64,000 bases of DNA from Spirulina sp. (GCA_044070495.1 JBIPSI010000021.1:26833-90832), one strand, 5' to 3'. Shown: positions 19,899 through 30,128, counted from the stretch's first letter. Translations and numbers: made by a program. Notes: generated by a model not told the origin, from the letters alone.

Positions 19899-20912
19899 GT
19901 GGCTAATTTAGTGCCCACCCAAGTCGAGCAACTTCAGCGCATCGGGGATCATCTTCGCCAAGTGCGGCAGGAACAAGGGCTGTCCCTAGACATTCTGGCC
20001 AACCAGATTTTTATTCGCCCCGCTCTGTTGCAAGCGTTGGAAACTGGGCGAGAGGAGCAGTTGCCAGAGGCGGTTTTTATTCAGGGATTTATCCGTCGCT
20101 ATGCGGAAGCCTTGGGCTTGGATGGCAAGGCGATTTCCCAGGAGTTTGTGGTGTCGCCGCCCCCCATGGTGCCCAGCCCCGATCTCGTCACGCCAGCGGT
20201 GAGTCATCGTCCTGCGGCCCCCGCTCCAGCCCCTCAGTCCACTCCGGCTCCGGCCCCTATTCCGGCCCCCACTCCTGTGGCCAAGGCCGCCCAAGAACCA
20301 GCCCCGACCTCGGTTGTCCAGCCAGAGCCAACTCCAGCATCGGAAGCAGCTAGGGCCACGGCACCATCTCGGCCTGTCTCCACCGTCCAAAATGCTCCCC
20401 TGACTAATCCGTTTCCCCAGGCGGCTGCCATGGCCGAGGAACGGCGTAGCGGTGGTCTATCCCTGTGGCTGGCCTTAGTGGGAGCGGTGATTTTGATTGG
20501 CGGTGGACTAGGGCTATGGTTGGGTCGCGGGTCGAGTCCTCAAACCGCGACACCGCCCGTGGAGGAACCTACCCCAACCGAGCCACCCCCGACCGCCGAG
20601 GCCCCCGTGGCCGCTGAGCCGGAACCGGAACCCGCAGCCCTAGAAGCGCCGATTGTGGTGGCCGTTCGCCTCAGTGAGCGCTCCTGGCTGAGCGTGGTGG
20701 CCGATGGTCGCACGGTCTATGAGGGCACCTCCGACGAGGGCTATGAAGAAACCTGGACCGCCGAGAATTCCCTGGTGTTTACCACGGGCAATGCAGGGGG
20801 CGTTTCCCTGTCGTTTAATGGCGAAAATCCGGTGGTGCTGGGCAACTCTGGGGCCGTACGTACCCTCAACCTCACCCCAGACTCCGATGCCGCTGATCTA
20901 GAAGCACCCTAG
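19899..20912 (+). CDS. Second RodZ-like HTH/TM/DUF4115 protein
   Basis: LPEAVFIQGFIRRYAEALGL; Pro/Ala linker; TM segment; SWLSVVADG..TGNAGGV. Confidence 0.85.
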   Translation: MANLVPTQVEQLQRIGDHLRQVRQEQGLSLDILANQIFIRPALLQALETGREEQLPEAVFIQGFIRRYAEALGLDGKAISQEFVVSPPPMVPSPDLVTPAVSHRPAAPAPAPQSTPAPAPIPAPTPVAKAAQEPAPTSVVQPEPTPASEAARATAPSRPVSTVQNAPLTNPFPQAAAMAEERRSGGLSLWLALVGAVILIGGGLGLWLGRGSSPQTATPPVEEPTPTEPPPTAEAPVAAEPEPEPAALEAPIVVAVRLSERSWLSVVADGRTVYEGTSDEGYEETWTAENSLVFTTGNAGGVSLSFNGENPVVLGNSGAVRTLNLTPDSDAADLEAP

Positions 20913-21081
20913 ATCCGGCCAGACGGGTTTGGGGTTTCCCAGGCCGTAACGGTTGCGGACTGAGATCGTTGATAGGAACGCCGAATGGCCTAAGCGCACC
21001 AGAGCATCCCGCTACAATAAAAGACACCGCAACCCAAAGACACCGTAACCAAGACCTTCACCCTGGGATATTGCCGCAGCT

Positions 21082-21870
21082 ATGACGCCGCCCACCGAGC
21101 TTGACACCGCCACCCCCCAGACAACTCGCCTCAATGGCACCGCCCCTGAGGCTGACCTCGATGAAGCCCCCTACGATGTGGAGATGTCGCTGTTCGACCA
21201 TTTGGAAGAACTGCGAATGCGGATTTTCTACTCCCTGATTTCGGTGCTGGTGGGTATTGTGGCCTGTTTTTGGCAGGTGAAACGCATCGTTAGCCTGCTG
21301 GAGGTTCCGGCCCAGGGGGTCAAGTTTCTTCAGTTGTCGCCGGGGGAATATTTCTTTGTGTCCCTCAAGGTGGCGGGCTACAGCGGCTTGGTGATTGCCA
21401 GTCCCTTCATCCTCTATCAAATCGTGATGTTTGTGCTGCCCGGTCTTACCCGCCGCGAACGTCGCCTAGTGGGGCCGATGGTGCTGGGTTCCAGTGTGTT
21501 GTTCTTTGCGGGATTATTTTTCGCCTACTTCGCCCTCATCCCCGCCGCCCTCAACTTTTTTATCAGCTACGGGGCCGATGTGGTTGAGCAACTGTGGTCG
21601 ATTGATCGCTACTTTGAGTTTGTGCTGCTGCTGCTGTTTAGTACCGGTTTAGCGTTTCAAATCCCCGTCCTGCAACTGTTGCTGGGGCTGCTGGGCATTG
21701 TGAATTCCAAGCAAATGCTCTCTGGCTGGCGCTACGTGCTGCTGGGGGCCGCTGTGCTGGGGGCGGTTCTCACCCCGTCTACGGATCCGGTCACCCAGAG
21801 CTTGCTGGGAGGGGCGGTGCTGTTCCTCTACTTTGGCGGCATTTTCCTGGTCAAAGCCATTGGCCGCTAA
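21082..21870 (+). CDS. tatC: Twin-arginine translocase TatC
   Basis: [29 protein letters not shown]. Confidence 0.96.
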   Translation: MTPPTELDTATPQTTRLNGTAPEADLDEAPYDVEMSLFDHLEELRMRIFYSLISVLVGIVACFWQVKRIVSLLEVPAQGVKFLQLSPGEYFFVSLKVAGYSGLVIASPFILYQIVMFVLPGLTRRERRLVGPMVLGSSVLFFAGLFFAYFALIPAALNFFISYGADVVEQLWSIDRYFEFVLLLLFSTGLAFQIPVLQLLLGLLGIVNSKQMLSGWRYVLLGAAVLGAVLTPSTDPVTQSLLGGAVLFLYFGGIFLVKAIGR

Positions 21871-21996
21871 TCCCAAGTCCCCTCTTGCGTAACGCATCAA
21901 TTCGTAACGCATCAAAGCCTTGACCTGCATGGGTTACGTTCCCCTAACCCATCCTGCCGATGGGCTTACCTTTAAGCCGTCCTACCTCCGCAGATC

Positions 21997-22674
21997 CTAG
22001 CTCGGAGGCTTGAGATAAAGGGTACGCTCGGCCTCACGGCGACGCACCAGCCCCGGCAGCACTTGGCCATCGGCGTAGACCCAGCGGGGAAATTCGTTGG
22101 CGGCCCCGGCAAAGTCTCCGGCGTTGTGTTTGCGGAGCAGGGTGGAGTTGCGGTAGGCGTTGAGTCCCACATTAAAGGCAAAGGACACCATGGCCGAGAA
22201 CTGGTTTTCGTGGGTGGTCACGGTCAACGCCTGGGAGACCCCACGCTCAAACAGATCTAAATCCTGCTGAAGGATGGCTTCGGCTTCGGCGACGGTGATC
22301 ACCATGCCGGGGTAAACCTGGGGGGGGCCAGCCATGCTGGTGTGGCCATAGCCAATCGTCCACACGCCGACGGAATCTTGGTAGGCGGTGGTGCGTAGGC
22401 CCTCGAAGTGTTTGATCATGGCCAGCCCTTCGGCATTAATTTGCCCCGTCACGGGGGGGGGCTGCCAGGGTTCGGGTTCCGGTGCTCCGGTGGCGAGGGA
22501 GATGGTCATGGCGGTGGGGGCATCGGCGCGGGCAAACCAGGCTTCCATGCCCGTGATGTCCGCCACCTGTTCCTTGGGGTTAGAGGCGGAGGGGGATTTC
22601 GTGATGCGGGAAATCCACACGCCCCCCTGCATCAGGTACATCGCTATATCGGTTTCTTTAATCCAGGTGCCCAT
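21997..22674 (-). CDS. GH24 (phage-type) lysozyme with an unrecognised 69-aa N-terminal domain
   Basis: FEGLRTTAYQDSVGVWTIGYGHT (E-x8-D-x5-T), VSFAFNVG, LPGLVRRREAE. Confidence 0.92.
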   Translation of the reverse strand: MGTWIKETDIAMYLMQGGVWISRITKSPSASNPKEQVADITGMEAWFARADAPTAMTISLATGAPEPEPWQPPPVTGQINAEGLAMIKHFEGLRTTAYQDSVGVWTIGYGHTSMAGPPQVYPGMVITVAEAEAILQQDLDLFERGVSQALTVTTHENQFSAMVSFAFNVGLNAYRNSTLLRKHNAGDFAGAANEFPRWVYADGQVLPGLVRRREAERTLYLKPPS

Positions 22675-22685
22675 CGGTTTTCCTC

Positions 22686-24659
22686 CTAAGCGGGGCCAGT
22701 GCCGTCGTAGTTCCAGCGGGCGCGATAGCCCCTGGCATCAATGTGGGTGAAGGATCGGGAACTGGCCAGCCCTCCTTGGCCGCCCCACCAAGCATCCAAA
22801 TCGGCGTAGACATCGTAGGGATGGCGACCGGACACCACAAAATCCACCGCATCCCCCAGCAAATGACGCGACTGGGAGGCCCCTCCCACCGCCGCATTGG
22901 TGGCCGGATCACGATACCAGGAGTTGATGGTGATGGGTTTGCCGTAGCGTTTGCGGATGTCCTCCAGGGCTTTGGCGATACGCAGGATGCCGTAGATCAC
23001 ATCAGCACTGGTGGGGCGGCGATACTGCCCGGTGCTGGCGTTGACATGGAGCGCCTCGCCCCAGGTGAAATTTCCTTTCTCGCCGTGCTGGGTCGTCCAG
23101 TAAATGGGGTCGTTGGAGTAGTAGGTGCCCGTAAACCCCGGAAACCGGAGGGGAATGCCACGATTACCGGGGGGTGGCTTGGGCTGGCCTTGGTCGTTGG
23201 GGTTATTGCCAATTTCGGTACCGATTAGGTAGATATCCGGCACGTAGCAGTACCAGGTATTGCGGTTTTTGACCCCCAGAAAGGCCCCCCTAAAGGACAC
23301 CCGCACATGGTTTTTCTCCGGCTGGGCGTAGGAGGATACCTCTAAGACGGTATTGGCCTTCACCAAAACCTTGTCCTCTTCGGGCAGATCGCTAGAGAGG
23401 GCGGTGCTGGTTTTGAACACCGTATCCCCCAAGACCTGAAGCAGTTGCCGCTGACCCACAATGCGCACATGGGGATTGTAGACATACCAGGTATCGAGTT
23501 CGTCGGGGCCGAGGGTGGTATCGGCAAGGCGCACCTTGGCATGATCCGCCGCCGCTGGTAGGTGACCGATCAGGTTGAACTGAGTGTTGACAGGCACGGC
23601 CACCTTGCCCTCCTCCGGCAGTTCCGATGACGGAATCGGCTCTTCTTTAAAGACCGTGTTGGCTACCACCGTGAGGGTGATGTCGGACAGCAGCTTGGTG
23701 TCTTGGGTGTTGATATACCAGGTGGTAGCCTTGCCATCCCCCAGTTCTGGCTTCACCAAGTCGATCAGCCAGCGGTCGCTGCCTTGGTCAATGTAGTACT
23801 GAATATCCAACACCTGCCCCTGGGGCACCGCCACCTTTTGGTTGTCTGGCAGCATTTCCGGTAGGTCGGGGCTGAGGGTGAACACCGTATCGCGCAGGGT
23901 TTCAATCTGGAGGCCATCGTGGGGGCGGGGCACTTCGCCGCCGTCGGTACTGGCGCTGGCATGGAGGTTGTAGACGTACCACAGGGTGTTGTTGTTGGGG
24001 CCAAGGGTGGTGTCCGCCAGCTCGATCAGGGTGTGATTATCGGCGGCGGGCCGAAAGGACTTTAGCTTGAAGGTTTGCGCCTCAGCCACAAACACCTTGG
24101 CGCTGTTGGGCAGGCTGGTGGAAGGTTTGGGTTCCTGCTTAAACAGGGTGTCGCGGGTGACGGTGAGGGTGGCGTCGGTGCCCAGGCGGGCATGGAGGCT
24201 GTAGACATACCACAGGGTACGGTTCCCCTCGCCCAGGGAGGGTTCCGCCAGTTCTATCCGCCAGTGGTCGCTGCCGCCATCGGTGTAGTAGCGCAGGGCG
24301 AGCTGAGTGCCCCGCTTCACTGTCACCTTTTCCGCCGATGTTAGTTGGCTAGACTGCACGGGCCTCACCTTAAAGACCGTGTCGGTGGTGACCAACAACT
24401 GATTATTGTCGGGAATCACCAACCCATCCCCTGGCCCTGGTGGCTTTGGAGCCGGTTCCGGTTCTGGTTCCCCCGTACCCACCGAAAAGGTCATCCCCCT
24501 CGGTCGGTCGCTCCGGGCAAACCAGGCTTTCATGGCTGCCACATTGGCCACTTGTTCCTTGGGGTTGGTGGTGGAGGGACGTTTGGGAATCACCGCAATA
24601 TAGGTGCTCCCAGACATCAAGTAAATGGCCTGATCGGTTTGTTTAACCCAGGTGCCCAT
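22686..24659 (-). CDS. Peptidase M15 (D-Ala-D-Ala Zn peptidase-like) with the shared N-terminal domain and five ~75-aa repeats
   Basis: INSWYRDPATNAAVGGASQSRHLLGDAVDF...FTHIDARG (H-x6-D...HxD). Confidence 0.88.
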   Translation of the reverse strand: MGTWVKQTDQAIYLMSGSTYIAVIPKRPSTTNPKEQVANVAAMKAWFARSDRPRGMTFSVGTGEPEPEPAPKPPGPGDGLVIPDNNQLLVTTDTVFKVRPVQSSQLTSAEKVTVKRGTQLALRYYTDGGSDHWRIELAEPSLGEGNRTLWYVYSLHARLGTDATLTVTRDTLFKQEPKPSTSLPNSAKVFVAEAQTFKLKSFRPAADNHTLIELADTTLGPNNNTLWYVYNLHASASTDGGEVPRPHDGLQIETLRDTVFTLSPDLPEMLPDNQKVAVPQGQVLDIQYYIDQGSDRWLIDLVKPELGDGKATTWYINTQDTKLLSDITLTVVANTVFKEEPIPSSELPEEGKVAVPVNTQFNLIGHLPAAADHAKVRLADTTLGPDELDTWYVYNPHVRIVGQRQLLQVLGDTVFKTSTALSSDLPEEDKVLVKANTVLEVSSYAQPEKNHVRVSFRGAFLGVKNRNTWYCYVPDIYLIGTEIGNNPNDQGQPKPPPGNRGIPLRFPGFTGTYYSNDPIYWTTQHGEKGNFTWGEALHVNASTGQYRRPTSADVIYGILRIAKALEDIRKRYGKPITINSWYRDPATNAAVGGASQSRHLLGDAVDFVVSGRHPYDVYADLDAWWGGQGGLASSRSFTHIDARGYRARWNYDGTGPA

Positions 24660-24699
24660 GGGGTTTCTCGTGGATAGGAGGGATTGGTGACGGGAGACA

Positions 24700-24735
24700 G
24701 GTTATTAGTTATTGGTTATTGGTTATTGGTGATGG
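24700..24735. repeat. Heptamer tandem repeat (GGTTATT-like); related array near 40833-40865
   Basis: GTTATTAGTTATTGGTTATTGGTTATTGGTGATGG. Confidence 0.7.
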
Positions 24736-24854
24736 ATTACTTAAGCTGCCGCTGTCTCGTCACCCGCTGCCAGAACTCGTTTATGATAATTCGTCAGCCC
24801 CTATCCGGATCTCCAGGGGGCACAATCTGATCGATAACCAAGCCCTCGGCCCTG

Positions 24855-25544
24855 TTACCAGGCTTTGGGTTCAAAGGTAGCATCGTTGAGAATTCGCATG
24901 GTTTCCCCCGATTGGGCTAGCACAAACAACCCCTGGCGATAGGCATAGCGGTCGGCCCCATGGTCAAAGGCAATCCCAGCCACCGCCCCATAGAGCTGTC
25001 GTTCAGCGTGTTCTGGAAAAAACTGGTGAAATTGCTGCAAATCTTCCACAAATTCTTTCACATCGTCTACGCTAAGGCTGCTTTTCACTTCCACCGCCAA
25101 AATGTGATTTTGATTCTGCACCAGCACATCAATTTCTAAGGTCTCGCCATCGCGAATCTTCTGCACCCGCTGGCTCACCTGATGCACCGGAATGCCCCGA
25201 TCTAAAAACAACGTTTTGCAGGCCGGAGCCACCATATTTTCGACAAACAACCCCCACTTGCCGCCCAACGCCCCCAACTGCTGGTTTAGTTGACGACTGG
25301 ATTCAGCCATATCCCGTCGAGTTTCCGCAATGATCCGATCCAGATTCTGGCTCGATTCCTGAAGTCTACGATCTGTCTCCTGAAATTTGCGATCCGTTTC
25401 CTGAAACTTGAGGTCGGTTTCCTGAAACCTACGAGCAGTCTCCTGAAACTTGAGGTCGGTTTCTTGAAACATGCGCTTCGTTTCTTTTTGCGATTCTGCC
25501 AGTTCAGCCAGTAACCGCCATACATCGTCTGCCGTGGTCGCCAT
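24855..25544 (-). CDS. DUF3782-like coiled-coil plus PD-(D/E)XK protein
   Basis: ETDLKFQ heptad repeats; GGKWGLFVE; EIDVLV..AVEVKS; YAYRQGLFVLAQSG. Confidence 0.85.
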   Translation of the reverse strand: MATTADDVWRLLAELAESQKETKRMFQETDLKFQETARRFQETDLKFQETDRKFQETDRRLQESSQNLDRIIAETRRDMAESSRQLNQQLGALGGKWGLFVENMVAPACKTLFLDRGIPVHQVSQRVQKIRDGETLEIDVLVQNQNHILAVEVKSSLSVDDVKEFVEDLQQFHQFFPEHAERQLYGAVAGIAFDHGADRYAYRQGLFVLAQSGETMRILNDATFEPKAW

Positions 25545-25664
25545 TCTCTTTTCCTGTCACCCGCTATGCCCTTATTTTAGTCGTCGTAGGGTGGGCACTG
25601 CTCACCACCCAGCCTGTCTCCTCCATAGTCTGAATCTATCCCATCGCCATGGATTCCATGGCCG

Positions 25665-27158
25665 CTACACCACAAAGGGTTGCTGCACCCGTTGCAGCAG
25701 GTCATAGAACGGTTGCCAGTCGTCTTCGACGGTGATGGGTTCCCAGATGGCTTCAATTTCGGGCCGCAGCAGCACGGTTTCGGGGTTGGTTTGCCGCAGG
25801 GTTTGTTGAAGGTTGTCTAGGGCAGATTCCGGCAGGGATCGCAGCGCTTGATGGTACCACTGCCGCCAAAGCTGGAGCCGTTCCGCCGCTGCGGGGTCGG
25901 AGGCTTGCAGGGTGGTGGACAAGATTTGATCGGGTTCCGTCCGCCACTGGGGAGAAAACTGCTGGGCCAGGCCCAGGAAAAACTCGTGGTAGCCGACTTC
26001 CACAGCGGCCAGGAGTTCCTGGGTTTGGTTGACCAATGTAGTCGCTAGGTCGTCCGTCAATAGAGCAACCTGATCGGCCCCAAAGCCGAGTTTCCGCAGC
26101 ATCAGGCATTGATAGTGGTGCTGGTAGCGGTCTTTGTATTGGGCTAGGGCGGCGTCCATTTCGGTTTCGGGCATCACCAACTTGAGAGGCTTTTGCAGCG
26201 CCTTTAGGTTCATTTGGCAGATGATCGGCTGGTTGCCGTAGCTGTAGCGGCCCCCGTGGTCAAAATAAGCGGCGGTGAAGCGGCGGTCGAACTTGTCCAT
26301 GAAGGCGTAGGGGCCGTAGTCGAAGCTTTCCCCGGTGATGGACATGTTGTCGGTGTTGAGCACCCCATGGCAAAAGCCGACGGACATCCACTGGGCCACC
26401 AACTGGGCCACCCGTTCCACCAGTTCGTCATAGAACCGCACAAACCGCTCCTGGGGATCGGTGAACAGGCGCACCGCTGGGTAGTAAACGTCGATGACAT
26501 GCTCCAGCAGCTTGGCGATCAGGTCGGGCCGTTGGTGGTATTCCAGGCGCTCGAAGGTGCCAAAGCGAATGTGGGAACGGCTGAACCGCACCATCACCGA
26601 GGATCGGGTGGGGGAGGGTTCATCGCCGCGCCACAGGGCTTCCCCGGTTTCCACCAGGCTAAAGGTACGGGAAGTCGTCACTCCCAGGGCATGGAGCGCC
26701 TCCGAGGCCAGCACCTCCCGCACGCCACCCTTCAGGGTCAGCCGTCCATCGCCGCCCCGCGAGTAGGGCGTAGTGCCGGAACCCTTGGTGCCAAAGTCGT
26801 AGAGTCCGCCATCCACCCCCCGCACCTGGCCATGGAGAAAGCCCCGCCCATCGCCCAAAAAGGGGTTGTATTGGCCAAACTGGTAGCCGTGGTAGCGCAG
26901 GGCCAGCAGGGGTTCTCGGCCCTCAAACTTACCAAAGGCTTGGATAAAGTGATCATCGCTCACCGCCGCCGGATCTAGCCCCAGCCGCCGCACTAGGTCA
27001 TCATTGCGAAACCGCAGTTGGTGAGATGGAAAATCCGCCGCTTCCACCACGTCGTAATACTCATCGCCGAGGGCTTCTAGGGCGGGCAGATAGTCCAACG
27101 CCAGCAGGGGATTCGCTGCCGTGGCGGAGGTCGGGACGGAGGAGGCGGGGGAAGACAT
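25665..27158 (-). CDS. selO: Protein adenylyltransferase SelO/YdiU
   Basis: [43 protein letters not shown]. Confidence 0.93.
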   Translation of the reverse strand: MSSPASSVPTSATAANPLLALDYLPALEALGDEYYDVVEAADFPSHQLRFRNDDLVRRLGLDPAAVSDDHFIQAFGKFEGREPLLALRYHGYQFGQYNPFLGDGRGFLHGQVRGVDGGLYDFGTKGSGTTPYSRGGDGRLTLKGGVREVLASEALHALGVTTSRTFSLVETGEALWRGDEPSPTRSSVMVRFSRSHIRFGTFERLEYHQRPDLIAKLLEHVIDVYYPAVRLFTDPQERFVRFYDELVERVAQLVAQWMSVGFCHGVLNTDNMSITGESFDYGPYAFMDKFDRRFTAAYFDHGGRYSYGNQPIICQMNLKALQKPLKLVMPETEMDAALAQYKDRYQHHYQCLMLRKLGFGADQVALLTDDLATTLVNQTQELLAAVEVGYHEFFLGLAQQFSPQWRTEPDQILSTTLQASDPAAAERLQLWRQWYHQALRSLPESALDNLQQTLRQTNPETVLLRPEIEAIWEPITVEDDWQPFYDLLQRVQQPFVV

Positions 27159-27256
27159 GGGATGTAGGACTTTAGCAACACAAGTATTTCTAAAATCTTA
27201 GCCTGGATTCCTCCCAAGTCCGGCGATGGGCGACCGCTCGGTCTTGTAGCAGGCTA

Positions 27257-28432
27257 TCAGGCCCCAAGGTCTTGGTAAAAGGCGAAGAGTTCTTTGGCGA
27301 GGGCGGTGTTGGTGTAGTGGGTCATGGCGCGGCTGTAGCCCCGTTCGGCCAGGGTTTGGCGTTGGCTGGGGTTCTCTAGCAGCAGGCGTAGACGTTCGGC
27401 CAGGGCGGCGGCGTTGCCTTCGGGGAAGACCAGTCCGGCCTCTTGGATGACGTGGGGAATCTCGCCGGAATCTGACCCGATGACGGGCACGGCGCAGGCC
27501 ATGGCTTCGATCAACACATGGCCAAACTGCTCTTTCCAACCAGCGGAGGTCAGGGTCTTAAACTGATAGGTGGTTTCCGAGGGCAGCACCAGGGCGTCCA
27601 TCAAATTGATGTAGCTCGGCACATCGGCGTGGGGCACGCTTTCCACCCAGCGCACCCGGTCGGACAAGCCCGCCGCCGCAATTTTGGCTTGCAGAGCGTC
27701 TTTCAAGTCGCCTCGGCCCAGCAGCAGCCACACCCAGGGTTGAGGATGATCCTTCAGCATCGTTAGGGCGTCGCAGAGGGTGAGTAGCCCCTTTTCGGCC
27801 ACAAACCGCCCCACAAACCCCACCACAAAGGTGCCCTCTGGGATACTAAACTGCTGGGCTAGGCTGGGCTGGGCCTGGGGAAAAAAGCGGGTTTCATCCA
27901 CCCCAAGCTGGGGCATCACCCGGTATTGTCCTTGGTAGCCCCGCTGACGCAGCACATCGGCTCCGTCTTGGTTGCCCGCCACTAGGCCATCGGTGTGGCG
28001 CAGGTTATAGGATTCCAGCCAGGACACGGGAAATTTGAGGTCGTAGGGCAAATTCCACCAGGTAAAAAAGACGTTCTTGGCGTTGAGTCCTAGCAGGCGG
28101 TTGAGGGTGATGGTTTGGGCATAGGCGAGGGATTTGGCCCCCTGTTCCACCTGGATCACCTGGGGGCGGAACTCGCGCATCAGCGTGACTAAATCTGGCC
28201 CAAAGCCCAGTAAGCCTTGGTTATTTTGGCTAAAGTTGCCCAGGGGCACCAACCTAAAGTTGCCATCCTCCCACCCTTGGGATTCAATCAGTCGATTTTG
28301 CACCCCCCCAGGACTCCAACGTCGGGGCACCCCCACCACCACCTCTAGGGCTGGATCGAGATGGGCTAAGGCCCGCAGCTTTTCGCAGTTGAGGTCAACA
28401 ATGTAGGTATGGCTGAGCACCAGCACGCGCAT
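27257..28432 (-). CDS. hpsO: GT4 glycosyltransferase, HpsO-like (hormogonium polysaccharide)
   Basis: SHTYIVDLNCEKLRAL; WKEQFGHVLIEAMAC GT4 motif. Confidence 0.75.
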   Translation of the reverse strand: MRVLVLSHTYIVDLNCEKLRALAHLDPALEVVVGVPRRWSPGGVQNRLIESQGWEDGNFRLVPLGNFSQNNQGLLGFGPDLVTLMREFRPQVIQVEQGAKSLAYAQTITLNRLLGLNAKNVFFTWWNLPYDLKFPVSWLESYNLRHTDGLVAGNQDGADVLRQRGYQGQYRVMPQLGVDETRFFPQAQPSLAQQFSIPEGTFVVGFVGRFVAEKGLLTLCDALTMLKDHPQPWVWLLLGRGDLKDALQAKIAAAGLSDRVRWVESVPHADVPSYINLMDALVLPSETTYQFKTLTSAGWKEQFGHVLIEAMACAVPVIGSDSGEIPHVIQEAGLVFPEGNAAALAERLRLLLENPSQRQTLAERGYSRAMTHYTNTALAKELFAFYQDLGA

Positions 28433-28535
28433 GGCAAAAACCGTCGGGCGGCGGTTGGAGAGGGTTACTGTTAGGGTGCCCAGGTTTGCCGTCTGGAACT
28501 ACATTTTCCTAAGGGCTTAGGGATACCTTAAGGAC

Positions 28536-29486
28536 TTAGGGACGGTTAGCAAAGGCATCGGTAGCTTCGATCAGAGTGCTGACAATCCCCGGTTCTAGAG
28601 CCGAGTGGCCCGCCTTTTGCACCATCACAAACTTGGCCTCTGGCCAAGCGCGATGCAGTTCCCAGGCCGTGGTGGGCGGACACACCACATCGTAGCGCCC
28701 CTGCACAATTACCCCAGGAATATGGCGAATACGATCCACATTTTGGAGTAGCTGATCGTCTTGTTCAAAAAAGCCGTGGTTGACGAAATAATGGCACTCA
28801 ATGCGGGCAAAGGCGAGGGCAAACTCATCGGCCCCAAAGCGATTCACCAAGTTGGCATCCTGAATCAGCATACTGGTGCTGGCTTCCCAAATCGCCCAAG
28901 CACGGGCGGCCTCCAGGCGAGTTTGCCGATCCTCGCTGGTCAGCCGTCGATAATAGGCCGCTAACAGATCATCCCGCTCGGTCTCTGGAATCGGGGCGAG
29001 ATATTGCTCCCAGGCGTCGGGATATAAAAAGCTGGCCCCCTCCTGGTAAAACCAGTGGATTTCCCTTTGGCGCAGGGTAAAAATGCCGCGCAGAATCAAC
29101 CCATTGCAGCGGTCGGGGTGGGTTTGGGCATAGGCCAGGGCCAGGGTGCTGCCCCAACTGCCGCCAAAGACCGTCCATTGCTCAAGTCCTAGGGTTTTGC
29201 GAATGGCCTCCATATCGCTGACCAACGCCCAGGTGGTGTTGTCCTCTAGCTCGGCGTAGGGCGTGCTTTTGCCACAGCCACGCTGATCAAACAATATGAT
29301 TCGCCAGCGTTTCGGATCAAAAAACTGTCGATAGGTGGGCACCAAGCCGCCCCCTGGCCCCCCGTGTAAGAAAATGACGGGCTTGCCGTGGGGGTTACCG
29401 GCCTCCTCAACGTAGAGATGGTGGAGGGGCGACACCTGAAGGCTAAAAGTATGGTAAGGCTCGATGGGGGGATACAGTGTACGCAT
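28536..29486 (-). CDS. pip: Proline iminopeptidase
   Basis: HGGPGGG, FDQRGCGKS, GGSWGS, GRYDVVCP, AGHS. Confidence 0.95.
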   Translation of the reverse strand: MRTLYPPIEPYHTFSLQVSPLHHLYVEEAGNPHGKPVIFLHGGPGGGLVPTYRQFFDPKRWRIILFDQRGCGKSTPYAELEDNTTWALVSDMEAIRKTLGLEQWTVFGGSWGSTLALAYAQTHPDRCNGLILRGIFTLRQREIHWFYQEGASFLYPDAWEQYLAPIPETERDDLLAAYYRRLTSEDRQTRLEAARAWAIWEASTSMLIQDANLVNRFGADEFALAFARIECHYFVNHGFFEQDDQLLQNVDRIRHIPGVIVQGRYDVVCPPTTAWELHRAWPEAKFVMVQKAGHSALEPGIVSTLIEATDAFANRP

Positions 29487-29620
29487 AGGGGCCAGCGAAG
29501 AAAATCAGAACACTGTCAACACACTCCTGGAGACGATGGAGGCCATTGAGGGAGTGGAGTCATTCTACCGCTGGTCGCGATGTTCCGAGATGCAAAGCGG
29601 ATGGTTTTTATCCCCAGGAA

Positions 29621-29731
29621 TTATTGACGGTTCCTGGGGCTGCTCTTTACCACGCGCCACTCTCCCGTTTGCGGATCCCGCAGACTAATAAAGGGATTGA
29701 CTTTTAGGGGCTTGTTACAAGGGCTGGCCAC
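29621..29731 (-). CDS. Small hypothetical protein, 36 aa
   Basis: AGGAGG RBS ~9 nt before GTG; MASPCNKPLKVNPFISLRDPQTGEWRVVKSSPRNRQ*. Confidence 0.55.
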   Translation of the reverse strand: MASPCNKPLKVNPFISLRDPQTGEWRVVKSSPRNRQ

Positions 29732-29889
29732 GGTAGGTACCCTCCTACGCTTTTTTCTATGGTAAGAAATGACACCCCTGGCGTTGGTGACATACCAGGG
29801 GTGTATGTCGTGACTTTGATCACACTGATGGGTGATTGAGATCAAGTTGATGGCCCATGGTTGGCCATAGGGCGCTTTGACCTAGCCAA

Positions 29890-30105
29890 TCACTGGGAGC
29901 ACAGGCTTTCCCCGGCGGCATTGGTGAGGGCTGAGGCATCAAATTCCAGGGCGCTAAACTCCCCAGCTACGGTCAACGGATCGCCCACCGACACAGTTTG
30001 CTGGGTATTGTCGCCACAGACATCCCAGGCATCGACGTGCCAAAGTCTAAGCGGGGCCTTGCCTGTCATCCGTTCCACCGATTTCAGTGACCTAGATATG
30101 AACAT
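29890..30105 (-). CDS. Possible small hypothetical protein downstream of trpB
   Basis: 71-aa ORF co-oriented with trpB, starting ~24 nt after its stop; no recognised motif. Confidence 0.3.
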   Translation of the reverse strand: MFISRSLKSVERMTGKAPLRLWHVDAWDVCGDNTQQTVSVGDPLTVAGEFSALEFDASALTNAAGESLCSQ

Positions 30106-30128
30106 CGGTTCATGTTATGTCATCGAGC

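Noticed and set aside
21020..21057. AAAGACACCG(C/T)AACC duplication upstream of tatC
   Set aside because: Only two to three short units; most simply a local slippage duplication
21082..24659. Idea that the two hydrolases are Tat substrates or part of a prophage lysis cassette
   Set aside because: No twin-arginine motif, tatC is merely convergent, and there are no holin, structural or integrase genes
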